Shown in pieces: positions 38,508 to 49,329 of a stretch of 64,000 nucleotides of DNA. Position numbers and translations under genes: made by a program. Within the stretch, counting starts at the first letter, position 1. Each line of letters starts with the position of its first letter. This stretch comes from a bacterium (GTDB taxonomy: Bacteria; UBA8248), in NCBI GenBank assembly GCA_965261085.1, contig OZ253442.1, positions 3,712,001 through 3,776,000 of the forward strand, in the 5' to 3' direction. Under the pieces are notes generated by a model. The model saw only the letters and a program-made list of their open reading frames with translations. It was not told where the DNA came from and searched no databases.

Positions 38508-41500
38508 ATGAGCAAAGACAGCCCAGAGGATGCGAACAGACCTGAGCCGAGTGGCACCGGTATTGGGGCGGCGCCGTCACAGCGGGGCGTGAGCCCCTAC
38601 GCAACCGGCGGCGGGGGCGTGACCTTCGAGCGGAAGGTGGCGGTCCTGTACCTAACTCACTTGCTCGTCGGCGACAACACTACCGAACTCGGAGACGGTG
38701 CGCGGATCGTGAGTGTCGCGTTCCAACAGGCCCCGGACCATCCTGTCGACGATCTCGTCGTGAGTGCAGCCCGCCCGGACGAATTGCAGCCATCGTTGGT
38801 ACTTACGCTCGGGGTTCGGCGTTCACCGAATCTGGTAGTGAGCGATGAACCGACCCGGAAGCTCATCCGACAGTTTGTCCGTGCCGTGATCGATTTTCCT
38901 GCGGACGGACCGGAACGCCGGTTGGGGCTCGTCGTCGCCGGACCACAACCACACGCCGAGCAACTAGCTAAGCTCGCTCACCTTGCCGCAGTGCAGATGG
39001 ACGCACCCGGTTTCTTTAAGCTAGTCCAGACACCGGGTAAGTTCGATGCTGCCCTCCGAGGCAGGCTCGTTCAGCTCCAGAAGCTGGTGGAAAGCGCGCT
39101 GCACGAGCTTGATGTAGTGGAAAGCGATACAGCACTGGTCAAAAAACGCACATGGCAATTGCTGTCTAAGCTCACTGTGACTATGCCACGTCTTGAGTCG
39201 CCCGACGAGACGGATTGGTCCGGCGTGGTGAACAGCCTCATGCAGGTAGCGCGAAATTCTGATCTTACGACAGCGTCACGGCTTCGCGACCGGCTGGTCG
39301 CCCTTGCCAGTAACTATTCACCGAAAGCCGCGCGAGCAGATCTCACGATGTTGCGACGCGACTCGCACGCACTGCTCGACACCACGGCACGACGGCATCA
39401 GGATGGCTGGCAGACACTTGACAGCATCCATCGACGGACGTGTGAGTCCGTCCGTGCCGAGATCACTTCGAGCGATGGTGACCGCTCTGTGTGCTTGGAT
39501 CGAAGCGCCGCAGCAATGGAATTGGTCAAGATCGTGTCGGGTGCTGAGGCGGTGGTCGTTTCCGGGGAGTCCGGTGTAGGTAAGAGCGCGCTTGCAGTGT
39601 TGGGGCTTAACGATGCGGTCGATACCAAGCCGGGTGACTTACAGGCGTTGTGCATCAATCTGCGCCAAATCCCATGCCTCGCGATTACATTTGAAGAAAT
39701 GCTGGCCCACCCTCTGTTGACACTTCTGTCCGAACTAAGCGCACCGCAACGTATGCTCGTTGTTGACGGAGCGGACGCGGTCACCGAAGACAAGTATGAT
39801 GTATTTCGTTATCTAGTTGATGCTGCCCAAGATATCGGCGTCAAAGTGGTCGCAGTGACCTCCACCGACAGCAAGCAGGTTGTACTCGACGTTCTCAGCG
39901 AGCGCTTCGACACCGGTGTCGCGGAGTATGAAGTACCTCCACTCGGCGACTCGGAGATAGACGAGATAGTCGGAACCTTTTCGGAGTTGGAGCGGCTCAA
40001 TGCCAATCCGCGGTCGCGCGAACTCCTCCGTCGGCTTATCGTGGTGGATCTGCTCGTTCGCGGGCAAATTTCCGGCACTCCGCTGACTGACGCAGATGCG
40101 ATGAACGAGGTGTGGTCCGGGCTCGTTCGGCGGCGGGAAATGTCGGACAGGGGTTTCCCAGACGCGCGCGAGACGGCGCTTCTGCAACTTGCCAAACTGG
40201 AGCTTGGCGAGGGCGAACGCCTCGATGTCATCAACGTGATTGATCCAGCTGCCCTTGATGGCCTGCGTCGCGACGGATTGCTGCGAACTTCGCCTGAAGC
40301 TCCGCACATGATCGGTCCCGAGTTTGCGCACGACGAAGTACGCCGCTACGTGGTTGCACGTCTTCTCCTGGCCAGCGACAACCCTGCTTCGAGACTCTTC
40401 CAGACGGGAGCACCGCGTTGGTCGCTCGCGGCAGCACGATTAGCGTGTCAGGCATGGCTGGGGCGACCCGACACTTTCACGATGCCATTGAAGGGCAGGT
40501 TCGCTGCGCTGCAGGCATCTTTCGACGCGCTCGGTGCCGACCATGGAAGTCGCTGGGGTGACGTGCCCGGTGAAGCATTACTCACGCTTGCGCGTCCCGA
40601 AGCGCTGCTCCGGGACGCGTGGCCCGAACTGCTCGCTGACGATGGCGCTGGTCTTCGGCGGCTTGCCCGCCTGGTTGATCAGCGACTCCGCGACGAAAAT
40701 GGCGTCGTCGATGTCATCGCCGTGGAGCCGATCATCGCTCTTTTACTCGAAACCCCCTCCACATGGCGGTCTGGCAAACACACGGAAGGTATCTTCCGCG
40801 GCTGGCTACGCGGACATGTCATTGCGAATACTGCCGTAGGGCACCCGTTGCGCATCCTGCTTCGCCAGCGTCTCGTCGAATCGTGTGCGGCAGGAGACCG
40901 ACGCCTCGCCGAACAACGTGAGGCCGCCGCTACAGCGCGTGCTGCGCGCACGCCGGAAGAAATCGATCATGAGCGTCAGTTCGTTGAGAGGCACGGAGTG
41001 CTCCTTACGGAAATCGGCTACGGTGGCCGGTACCCCCGACAGCGACCCGAGGTACCCCGGGAGATCAAAGACGAGGTCGTTCTTGAGTTCCTAGCACTGC
41101 TGGGCCCAGACCTTGGTGACGACGGTGAGGCAATCCTAACTCGAGTCGCGAAGGACGCACCATCGTGGCTCGCTCCTGCCGTTGACGAGTTCTTCACCGG
41201 TCGAGCGCTCGCCAGCGGCCGCCGCGGGCTTTTGGCCGAACTGACCGAGGCGTACTACCTAGACGACGAGGTCGAAGTCGGTGAATTTGATATACACCAG
41301 GACGGGGTACGCTCTCACCGTGCGCGGAGCTTTGGTCTCCCACTCGCTGCGTGGGACCGCGGTCCGTTCCTGCCGCTGTTTCAGAGTGACTTCCGTAACG
41401 GTGTCGGAGTACTTAACCGCTTGCTCAATCACGCCGCGCGCATTCGTTCGCGCACGCTTGCCGATCTGGATCAGGCCCAAAAACCTCCCCAATCGGACAC

Positions 41501-43721
41501 TATTGGCCTATACGAGAGCGAACTCAATATAACTGGTGAGCGCCAACTCTACGTCGGCGATGAGCACGTTTGGCGCTGGTACCGAGGCAACGCAGTTGGA
41601 CCGTATCCATGCTTCAGTGCGTTACAGGCTCTGGAGCGGGTGTGTGACCATCTGATCGACAACGGCGTTCTGATCGAAACCCTGCTCTCGATACTATTGG
41701 ATGACTGCGAAAACCTCGCGATGGTCGGGCTCATCGTCGGGCTCCTCGTGCGGCATCTTGAGGACGCGGATTATCTTCTTGACCCCTACTTCACAGAGCC
41801 GCTCATCTGGCGCCAAGAGTTCGCACGAGTCGCAAATGAGGTGAGCGGACTCGCGGCCAACTCCGAGGGGCTCGTGGCGCCAGAGCGCCGGAACTGGTCG
41901 CTCCGAAAGGCAGCCATGTTCATGGTCGTACATGCTAAAGGCGAACGCATCGCAGAGCTACGTGCGCTCGGCGAGACTCTCATTCTCAATGCAAGTCGTC
42001 TCGTCGAGCCAGCACAAGATCACGAGCCTACGGAGACGGAGCCTCGTGCAGGGGTCACGGAACATGAGCTAGTAATTCAGGCGCGTGCCTGGGCAAGCAG
42101 CCTAGACCGTGAAAGGTACCAGGCGCATGAGACGGAGGAGGGCTTCTATGTCGAGACAACTCCACCGGACGACGTCGTGAAGGTGCTGCAGGACAACAAT
42201 GAGGATATGGAACGCGCGAGGGAGGCGATACGGTTAGTTGCCCGCTATCACATCGAGCCCAGAAAGGGAGGGCACGAAGCCATCGGACGCGATGAGTTGG
42301 CAGCCGACATAGCTAGCTTGCAGAAACAGATTGAGAACCCACCGTCTCTGGGAGCCCATGATCTTTGGGATACGTCCGCCTTGGTTGCCGCGGCGGCGCT
42401 CGAAGCGCACCTCCTGGAAGGTGCCAGCCTCCCAGATGACGCGCTTTCCTTCGCCGCAGGGATCGTGCTTCAGTTTGGAGAGGGCGAGGCGGGGCCACGA
42501 CAGTACGAGTTCGAAGACACATTCTATGAACAGGGCGCCGACCGCAGCGCGGCGCGGACCCTCCCCTTGCTGCTTTTGCCCGTTGCCGCGCAACTTCGCG
42601 CCGTGGTCGACAAAAAAGACGGATCGACGACCTTCGAGCGAGCCGTTCGTGCCGGCGTCAACCTTGCGCGAGCTGTGGCGTACGAAGTACGGCTTCACCT
42701 TGCACGTGGCTTGGATCATGTCTGGAAGACGCCGTGTGTGGAGGAAGGGCGCTGTCACCACGATCTGGGATGCCGAATAGCCGTCGAAACGATGCGCTCC
42801 TGCGTACTCGGCACCAGGGATCTCGAAACCGGACGACGCAGCGTCCTAACACTCAAGGAACCTGTCACCGAGTCGCTTGCCAGCACTACTGGCGACTCAA
42901 TCCGGGTGTCCCAGCTCGACGCAGCCATACGAGCACTCGCACCGGCAGCCATGGCCAATATCTGCGTGTCCTCGCAGGCCCGGGACCTCCTGTTGACTCT
43001 CCTTGCCGCTCAGCGGCGGTCTCTGCTCAACTGCGAGCACCGCGACCAGGATTCTCGGGGGTCGCACACTCTCGTGAGCGCACGAGCCCTACTGACGCTG
43101 GCCAGAAATGCCAACGATGCGGCCATCTACGAACACATCGATGCCTACGCCGACAACTCGGCGTTGCTCGCCAACTTGCTCGGTGCTTTGTCTTCAGCGG
43201 CGGAAGAAACACCAGACCGGGCAGCTACGGCGAGACGAATCTGGCCGAACGTAGTTCGCCACGTGCTTCAACTCAATCAGTCGGGACACAAGCCGTTTGC
43301 CGAAGCAAACTACGGTGAGATGGCACTTGCCGCCCTCATCCCCAATACCACCGGCGAGCTCCCCTACCTCTACCGCGAAGTCGATGACAACCCGATCGTA
43401 TGGTGGGATCCTTTGGAGTTGGTATCCGAGGTCGACGCGTGGCTGGCACCCGCAGCGGGCAATGCGACGTGTATCGATCGGCTGATATGGTTTGTCCGCG
43501 CGCTTGGACCTGACGACCAAGTTCGTGTGGGGCTGCCATGGGTGGCAAAACTCGTAGTAGCCGACCCCGTCCGCATCGCCCGAGGCACGTACATGCTGCC
43601 AACCTGGCTGATCGAGATGCGATCTGTCGCTGTCGATGCCGGGCTCTTGGCCAGTTGGCAGCAAGTGGTCGATGTCTTGGTTGTCGCAGGCGTAGCACAA
43701 CTCGCACCCTATTCGGATTAG
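38508..43721 (+). CDS. 1737-aa STAND-like NTPase with N-terminal nuclease-like domain (Avs-like)
   Basis: SPYATGGGGVTFE...VAFQQ..HPVDDLVV N-terminus; Walker A GESGVGKS; Walker B MLVVDGAD; FAHDEVRRY winged helix; long helical C-terminus. Confidence 0.8.
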   Translation: MSKDSPEDANRPEPSGTGIGAAPSQRGVSPYATGGGGVTFERKVAVLYLTHLLVGDNTTELGDGARIVSVAFQQAPDHPVDDLVVSAARPDELQPSLVLTLGVRRSPNLVVSDEPTRKLIRQFVRAVIDFPADGPERRLGLVVAGPQPHAEQLAKLAHLAAVQMDAPGFFKLVQTPGKFDAALRGRLVQLQKLVESALHELDVVESDTALVKKRTWQLLSKLTVTMPRLESPDETDWSGVVNSLMQVARNSDLTTASRLRDRLVALASNYSPKAARADLTMLRRDSHALLDTTARRHQDGWQTLDSIHRRTCESVRAEITSSDGDRSVCLDRSAAAMELVKIVSGAEAVVVSGESGVGKSALAVLGLNDAVDTKPGDLQALCINLRQIPCLAITFEEMLAHPLLTLLSELSAPQRMLVVDGADAVTEDKYDVFRYLVDAAQDIGVKVVAVTSTDSKQVVLDVLSERFDTGVAEYEVPPLGDSEIDEIVGTFSELERLNANPRSRELLRRLIVVDLLVRGQISGTPLTDADAMNEVWSGLVRRREMSDRGFPDARETALLQLAKLELGEGERLDVINVIDPAALDGLRRDGLLRTSPEAPHMIGPEFAHDEVRRYVVARLLLASDNPASRLFQTGAPRWSLAAARLACQAWLGRPDTFTMPLKGRFAALQASFDALGADHGSRWGDVPGEALLTLARPEALLRDAWPELLADDGAGLRRLARLVDQRLRDENGVVDVIAVEPIIALLLETPSTWRSGKHTEGIFRGWLRGHVIANTAVGHPLRILLRQRLVESCAAGDRRLAEQREAAATARAARTPEEIDHERQFVERHGVLLTEIGYGGRYPRQRPEVPREIKDEVVLEFLALLGPDLGDDGEAILTRVAKDAPSWLAPAVDEFFTGRALASGRRGLLAELTEAYYLDDEVEVGEFDIHQDGVRSHRARSFGLPLAAWDRGPFLPLFQSDFRNGVGVLNRLLNHAARIRSRTLADLDQAQKPPQSDTIGLYESELNITGERQLYVGDEHVWRWYRGNAVGPYPCFSALQALERVCDHLIDNGVLIETLLSILLDDCENLAMVGLIVGLLVRHLEDADYLLDPYFTEPLIWRQEFARVANEVSGLAANSEGLVAPERRNWSLRKAAMFMVVHAKGERIAELRALGETLILNASRLVEPAQDHEPTETEPRAGVTEHELVIQARAWASSLDRERYQAHETEEGFYVETTPPDDVVKVLQDNNEDMERAREAIRLVARYHIEPRKGGHEAIGRDELAADIASLQKQIENPPSLGAHDLWDTSALVAAAALEAHLLEGASLPDDALSFAAGIVLQFGEGEAGPRQYEFEDTFYEQGADRSAARTLPLLLLPVAAQLRAVVDKKDGSTTFERAVRAGVNLARAVAYEVRLHLARGLDHVWKTPCVEEGRCHHDLGCRIAVETMRSCVLGTRDLETGRRSVLTLKEPVTESLASTTGDSIRVSQLDAAIRALAPAAMANICVSSQARDLLLTLLAAQRRSLLNCEHRDQDSRGSHTLVSARALLTLARNANDAAIYEHIDAYADNSALLANLLGALSSAAEETPDRAATARRIWPNVVRHVLQLNQSGHKPFAEANYGEMALAALIPNTTGELPYLYREVDDNPIVWWDPLELVSEVDAWLAPAAGNATCIDRLIWFVRALGPDDQVRVGLPWVAKLVVADPVRIARGTYMLPTWLIEMRSVAVDAGLLASWQQVVDVLVVAGVAQLAPYSD

Positions 43722-44405
43722 TCCCGTCAAAGATTGGATTTGCCCCGCTCTCATGGACGGTTAGGAACAGGGGGGTCTGTTCAGAAGATTCATTCTCAAA
43801 TTGATATACACTTTCCATTGAATTGATTGGCGATTCGCGACATTTCCGTCATGGAGGAAAAGTCGCTTGAGGCCCACAAAACAAGTTGAAATTTGTGCTG
43901 TCCACTTTTTTTCATGCGCTATATCTTGTGGATGATGGATACACATGACACATTTTCGGGGTCGGATTCGATGCCGGGCCCGGCGACCGGGACACTGCTT
44001 CAAGGGATATTGTCCTTGCCTCGGCAAGAACGTGCAACACTTTTGGCGGTGCTGAAACTGCGCAATGTCGAGGCGTTCAAAGCCCGCCGTGCCTACGCAT
44101 TGCTTCTTCTGGATAACAGCCAGTGAGGTTGTTAAAGAACAGGTTGTCGGAGCGGGCGCGTCGCGGAGAGCATCACGGGCGACATCCTGGGCGAAAGCTG
44201 ATGGATCAAAAGCTGGCCGATGTAGGAGGGATTGCCGACTGGGAAGGAACGAGAAGTATCCGAAGGCCTCATCGCCTTCCAGCGGACGGACATGACCGAC
44301 AACCTCGTCGCAGCCCGTTTTTTCCGGATGAACGTTATTGGACGGCCATGTTAGGTCGATTTACTGATCGTTATCGTCTCTTCAACGTCCGCTTAAGTGC
44401 AAAAG

Positions 44406-45116
44406 TCACGGGGGAAATGCCGCGCACAATTCCTTCTCGAATCTTTTTGCTTCTGTCAAACAACTTGATAGAGTCGGCCACATCTGCTCAATTTGTGTTT
44501 TCCTTTTCTCATACTCTCTTACGTTTTTACTAAACCGCTTTTGCACAGGCAAGGCTGCTAGTTGGCGTCCCGGACTAGAGTGGCACTCCCAATCGCCTCT
44601 AAGAATCACGGGATTGTTGCGCCAGACTGCCGCAACTACCCAAGCTTCCATATTCTTCGAAGGTGTGCACAAAACAACTCGTGACGGACAGTGCTTCTCA
44701 CCAAGCCATCTGAGAATCACTTCCCTAAGCGCATTGGTGGTCGCTTGTGGCGGTGGACAGGGCTTTTCGCAAGGCAAATCATTGGCGCCCGGATCTGCGA
44801 TGTTCCCGCTCTGGTATGTTTTGCCCGCCACATCTGCGTCCAAATGCACTACTAAAATATCATGATTAGAGAGCACCGAAGAACCGGAGATGCAGCCCTC
44901 CCCCTCCGAGACCGATTGGCGAATCCATTTGTAAACCCCAACCCATCCAGCACCTGTGCCGCCGAACGACCCAGAACTAAGGGCGATCGACTCGTCCGGT
45001 TGTAACCTATGAAATTCGAAATCAGCATCTGACAACAGCGCACTTAGTATAGCCTTGATCACGATAGTGTCGGTTGGTCCCTCAACGGCTGCGGCGATGC
45101 GTATCGGCTTAGACAT
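44406..45116 (-). CDS. TOPRIM-like protein (DUF4276/RloB-like), partner of ABC ATPase
   Basis: IAAAVEGPTD (TOPRIM Glu), VVHLDAD (DxD), KNMEAWV; start overlaps the ATPase stop. Confidence 0.75.
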   Translation of the reverse strand: MSKPIRIAAAVEGPTDTIVIKAILSALLSDADFEFHRLQPDESIALSSGSFGGTGAGWVGVYKWIRQSVSEGEGCISGSSVLSNHDILVVHLDADVAGKTYQSGNIADPGANDLPCEKPCPPPQATTNALREVILRWLGEKHCPSRVVLCTPSKNMEAWVVAAVWRNNPVILRGDWECHSSPGRQLAALPVQKRFSKNVREYEKRKTQIEQMWPTLSSCLTEAKRFEKELCAAFPP

Positions 45117-46308
45117 CGGGAACACCTCCCAGGTGTCCCATTACCCACAATCGGGACAGCGACCAACCATTCTTTGCTTTCTCCAACATTTCCTTATCTA
45201 CGGTCACCCGACGAACGCTCGTGCGACCGGAATTTGTCCGGGACACGGTGAACAATCGCACATCGTCATTCTGCAACGGCAGCCCGTCCAAAACCAATGG
45301 GTTATGAGTTGTCAGCAAAATTTGACGTTGCTTACCCGCCTCAAGATACCATTGACAGAGGCGTTTCATCAAAGAACGAGCCAATCTGGGATTCAATCCG
45401 TGATCCGCGTTGTCCACGGCGCAAAGATCGGGACTCCTTTCATGCACCGCTAGGACCGCGAGAAACAAAACATATAGGGCGCCTTCGGAAGCGTCATAGC
45501 CAGTTAGACTATTTCGATCCTTCCCCATGAATCGGTCGCGAAATCGAACCACCGACTTCGACGCAGAAGCGGTTGACGATAGCGACAAGTTAGCGGTACG
45601 ACTCCAGCCAAAACTCTCAGCCCAATCAACAAGCTCTAAGACCTCGCGACATACCCGCTTGCTGTGCTGATCCTGCCTACGTTGTTTGAGTATATCCAAA
45701 ATAGCTCGCGGTAGCCCTCCTCCAGATAAACCGACTGGTTGTTTTGGTTGCATTTCTGGAGCTACACCGCGCAGGACAGCAGTTGTTGGTGAAAATATGA
45801 CGTAGTTTTGTAGGAGCTTCAACAAATGTAATGCGGATCCAGTTGAGACTTCAACCGCTTTCAACGCGGCTAACCCCCGTTCGGGATTAGTGCTTCTTGC
45901 CATGGCAGGTGAACGTCCAACTAGCTTTTGATCTTGGTATTCCCATAACTCTGTCTTGTATCTCCATGCAGGAGCTGGGTTTTTTAGTGGGTTGTGCAAG
46001 GACACTTCATATTTTCCGTGCTCCCCAGATGCTCCGAAATATAGGTGAGGGGGTATTTTCTTCCCGCCTTTAGAGGGAAAGGCAGTTTTGTATAATGCAG
46101 GAACGCCGGGACGGACACCGCGGGCAAGTAGGGTCTGATCGTCCACCTTGCCATCCGCCGCTGAGGAGAGAATGCCCAGAGCTTCGAGTAAATTGCTTTT
46201 TCCACTGCCATTGGCACCGATAAAGACATTGACTAGCCCGAGATCTACGGTGACGTCTTCTAGGGACTTGAATGTTCTAATGGTTAGAGTTTCTAGCATT
46301 TGATGCAT
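45109..46308 (-). CDS. ABC/AAA_21-type ATPase
   Basis: FKSL, FIGANGSGKSNLLEAL, ASEG signature, AVDNADHGLNP, LTTHNP. Confidence 0.88.
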   Translation of the reverse strand: MHQMLETLTIRTFKSLEDVTVDLGLVNVFIGANGSGKSNLLEALGILSSAADGKVDDQTLLARGVRPGVPALYKTAFPSKGGKKIPPHLYFGASGEHGKYEVSLHNPLKNPAPAWRYKTELWEYQDQKLVGRSPAMARSTNPERGLAALKAVEVSTGSALHLLKLLQNYVIFSPTTAVLRGVAPEMQPKQPVGLSGGGLPRAILDILKQRRQDQHSKRVCREVLELVDWAESFGWSRTANLSLSSTASASKSVVRFRDRFMGKDRNSLTGYDASEGALYVLFLAVLAVHERSPDLCAVDNADHGLNPRLARSLMKRLCQWYLEAGKQRQILLTTHNPLVLDGLPLQNDDVRLFTVSRTNSGRTSVRRVTVDKEMLEKAKNGWSLSRLWVMGHLGGVPDV

Positions 46309-46339
46309 TCCTTATTGGTCGTATCATGCAATATACTGG

Positions 46340-46660
46340 CCCGAGCTATTGATAGCAGGGCTGATATTGAAACAGCAGGCGTGGCGTGATCTGTTGTCAT
46401 GATGTTGCAATTCGTTGTTGAATCGTCTTTCTCTCCGAGCATCGAAACGGCCACGCCCGTCACGACCAAAGATACCCTTCTTTTCTTCTATCTGCCACCC
46501 GAACGGCGCGAGAAGGTGAAAACCGCCTTCAATGGCGGCTTGGTTCTCGCTGACGTTGGCCGGGTCTTGTTGCGTGAAGCGAAACACCGCTTCAACCTGG
46601 CCAAAACGGTGGCCGGGTGCATTCGGGGCCGGTGCAACCCAGTAGTTGTCGTGCATAAAG
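46340..46660 (+). mobile_element. IS1380-like 5' remnant
   Basis: DTLLFFYLP...KVKTAFNGG...LLREAKHRFNLAKTVAGCI resembles IS1380 transposase N-termini. Confidence 0.55.
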
Positions 46661-46759
46661 TGAGTGTGCTCGCTCTAATTGGTGGCGATGCGATCAGGTT
46701 ATCTGAGGGCAATTTGGTTGAGAGCGAGGGTGTGAGGGTGTCGCATGGTCGGCACCGGG

Positions 46760-47160
46760 AACAGGGGTGGGAACACCTCCTATTAGCAGGCAAGCCGCGA
46801 ATGGTTCTTGAGGAAGCCGAGGAGGTGCGGCGTCTTCCATTCGCCGCTGGCGGTCAGCACCCAGCGCTTGCTGTGATGGAAGTCGGAATGCCACAGTCCA
46901 TAGCTTCGCGAGACCTGGTAGGTCAGCATCTCACGAGGCTCGGCCGCCGGACCCTGCTCGTCATCGGCTCCCTTACGAAGGTACTGGCGCACCAGCCCGC
47001 GAGCGCGCATGACCCGGGTCAGGGTCGCATTGGAGGGCATCGGACCCAGAGCGGGGTGGGTACCCGAACTGCAGGTCCTGCTTAGCGGCTGAACCTCGTC
47101 GCCGGGCGAATCATCTCCAGACCGGGGCGATCTTGTTCTCCTGCAGGAACTGTTCTGCCG
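46760..47160 (-). pseudogene. DDE (IS481/Mu-like) transposase relic
   Basis: PSNATLTRVMRARGL...LWHSDFHH...GEWKTPHLLGFL..HSRLAC. Confidence 0.55.
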
Positions 47161-47162
47161 CC

Positions 47163-47972
47163 TCAGAACGCGTAGCGCAGGGAAAGCCGAAGCCCGTGGC
47201 TCGCAAGCTTCGCCCGCGTGTCGGCGAGGTCGAGCAACAAAGGCTCCCGGCTTCCGTCCCGCCAGATCACCCGGCCCGCGCCACGCCCGGTATGGACGGC
47301 GCCGAGGTCGGTATAGCGCCAGGCCAGATCGAGCGTCGCGCGCTCGCCCAGCGCCGTCGCGACCCCCGCCGTCAGCATCCAGGCGAAGCTGGTCCGGCTC
47401 CCGCCCGGCACGAGGGTCGTCGTCCCAGGAAAGGTCATGCGCGTTTCGCCGATCCGGGTGCGGACGGCGCCCAGGCCTGTCCCGATGAACGGCCTGAAGG
47501 GGCCGAACCCCGAGGGGGCCGCTCCGGGCAGGTCGACGTAGGCGGCCAGCATGCCGGAGATGGATGAGAGCTCCGCTCTCACCGACTGCAAGCGTTCCGG
47601 CTCCAGGAAATTCGCGCGGCCCCCGAAGGCGTAGCGCGGTCGGTAATCGACCATGACCTCGACCCGCACCGCGGGCGCGGCGGCGTAGCCGAGCCCGAGT
47701 TCAAGAGGAACCACCGTACCGAAATCGCCGGCCGAACGGTAGGGCGCGCCGTCGCCGCCAGTGCCGCAGCCGTACAGCGCCGCAGGGGAGGTACTCGAAC
47801 AGTCCACGTCCGTGAACCGGGTTCCGGCCGGCCGGTCGAGACCGATCCCGGCCCGCAGGTAGAAGCCGCCGGCCGCGATGGCCGGGGCGGCGTGGCAGAA
47901 CCCCGCCGGCGCTGCGAACCACAGTACGAGGGCGGCGAGGAGGGGCCCGGCTCGCGAGAGTAGGGAGGACAT
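47163..47972 (-). CDS. Outer-membrane beta-barrel protein, copy B
   Basis: Signal peptide MSSLLSRAGPLLAALVLW; paralog of 28081-28821; terminal LRYAF. Confidence 0.85.
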   Translation of the reverse strand: MSSLLSRAGPLLAALVLWFAAPAGFCHAAPAIAAGGFYLRAGIGLDRPAGTRFTDVDCSSTSPAALYGCGTGGDGAPYRSAGDFGTVVPLELGLGYAAAPAVRVEVMVDYRPRYAFGGRANFLEPERLQSVRAELSSISGMLAAYVDLPGAAPSGFGPFRPFIGTGLGAVRTRIGETRMTFPGTTTLVPGGSRTSFAWMLTAGVATALGERATLDLAWRYTDLGAVHTGRGAGRVIWRDGSREPLLLDLADTRAKLASHGLRLSLRYAF

Positions 47973-48419
47973 GTTCGGGCCGCGATGCCGCGCCCGTTTT
48001 CCGGTACCAGGAAAGATCGTCTTTCTCCCTACCCGCCGGACCTTGGAGTCCGTGAGGCCGTTGTCCCGCGCAGTGGCCCTTCGCTCGAATGGCCGGTCAG
48101 AGCGGATGTCATTCGCCGGGGTGCGCCGCAGGTACGCCGCACCGTGCGGCGTACCTGCGTTCCAGGCCCATTGAAATCGCGCCGATTCGAGCATGCCCGC
48201 ATGAAAACCGCAAGAACGATCCGCGTGCCGGTTCCGCCTTCGCAGCGGAACCAATCCGCAAACGGGCTTCGATGCGCTCCTGGCCGCATCCGGCGACGCA
48301 CCGTCGCGATGGGCCGCTTGGAGGCCGAGGCGGGTGGTGGCCGGGGGTGCGGGAGCCGGGACCGGAGAGGCCCGGCGGCGCCCGTGACCTCTTGAACCGC
48401 AATCCCGGAGGAACGACCC

Positions 48420-48761
48420 ATGACGAACCGCAATCCATCCGGTCTCACCCGGGCCCTCGTCCTGGCGGGACCCGCCCTCGCACTACTCGCCACGGTGTTC
48501 TGCCTCTTGACCGGGAACGGCGTCCGCTTCCTCCGTGACGTCTGGTTCGCTGCGGCCCTCTGGAGCTTCGTCACCGCGCTCGCGCACGTCCTGTGGCTGG
48601 GGTTCCGCCATGGGGACTGGTCCGCTTTCAATCGCCATGAACTCCCCGAAGGTGACGGCGAGCGGTTCGATTGGGCGACGAAGACCGGCCGCTACGCCTG
48701 GCGCCGCGACCTGGAAGAGCAGGAGCTTCACGGTCACGACCCGGGCGCCCCCTGCCCGTAG
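48420..48761 (+). CDS. Small two-TM membrane protein, copy B
   Basis: GGAGG RBS; paralog of 27354-27686. Confidence 0.72.
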   Translation: MTNRNPSGLTRALVLAGPALALLATVFCLLTGNGVRFLRDVWFAAALWSFVTALAHVLWLGFRHGDWSAFNRHELPEGDGERFDWATKTGRYAWRRDLEEQELHGHDPGAPCP

Positions 48762-48924
48762 AAGACCGCCGTCCCGCCGAACGCAGACCTGCAAACAACT
48801 ACCCTGCCGTCTCCCCCGCCGCGCCCTGCACCCTAAAGAGGTCGAGCCTGGCCGGGAGGGGGGCGGCGGAAGGGCGTCCGGGAGGATGTCCGCTTCTTTC
48901 AAACACCCACCAGGAGGAGACGAC

Positions 48925-49239
48925 ATGATGCAGACACCCAGGCGCGAGGCACACACATTCCTCACCCACCTGTTCGGTAGCGGCCTCGAAGACGAGCGCT
49001 ACGCCGTCGAGCGGTTCCGCTCGATGGACGACGGCGACATCCTTCCCCTGCCCGCCGGGGGGCGGACGAAGAGCGGGTGCGGGGCGAAGCGCGCGACCGC
49101 CTCCCGGAGAGCCGTGCGGCAGATGCGGCCCGCGCGGGACGAGATCATCGTCTGCACGGCCCTGAACCTCAAGGCCTCGGGCGTGCAGTATTGGGGCGCT
49201 CAGGCGACGGGTCTTTTTGGCGAACGCAGGCAGCGCTGA
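48925..49239 (+). CDS. Hypothetical protein, copy B
   Basis: AGGAGG RBS; paralog of 26929-27240. Confidence 0.7.
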   Translation: MMQTPRREAHTFLTHLFGSGLEDERYAVERFRSMDDGDILPLPAGGRTKSGCGAKRATASRRAVRQMRPARDEIIVCTALNLKASGVQYWGAQATGLFGERRQR

Positions 49240-49329
49240 GGTGAAGTCTCCACTACGGGGGACGTCCCGCCGGCCACGCGCCGGCCGGATGCCGTCTGTA
49301 TTCCAGCCACCGGAGGGAGGAGAACAAGC

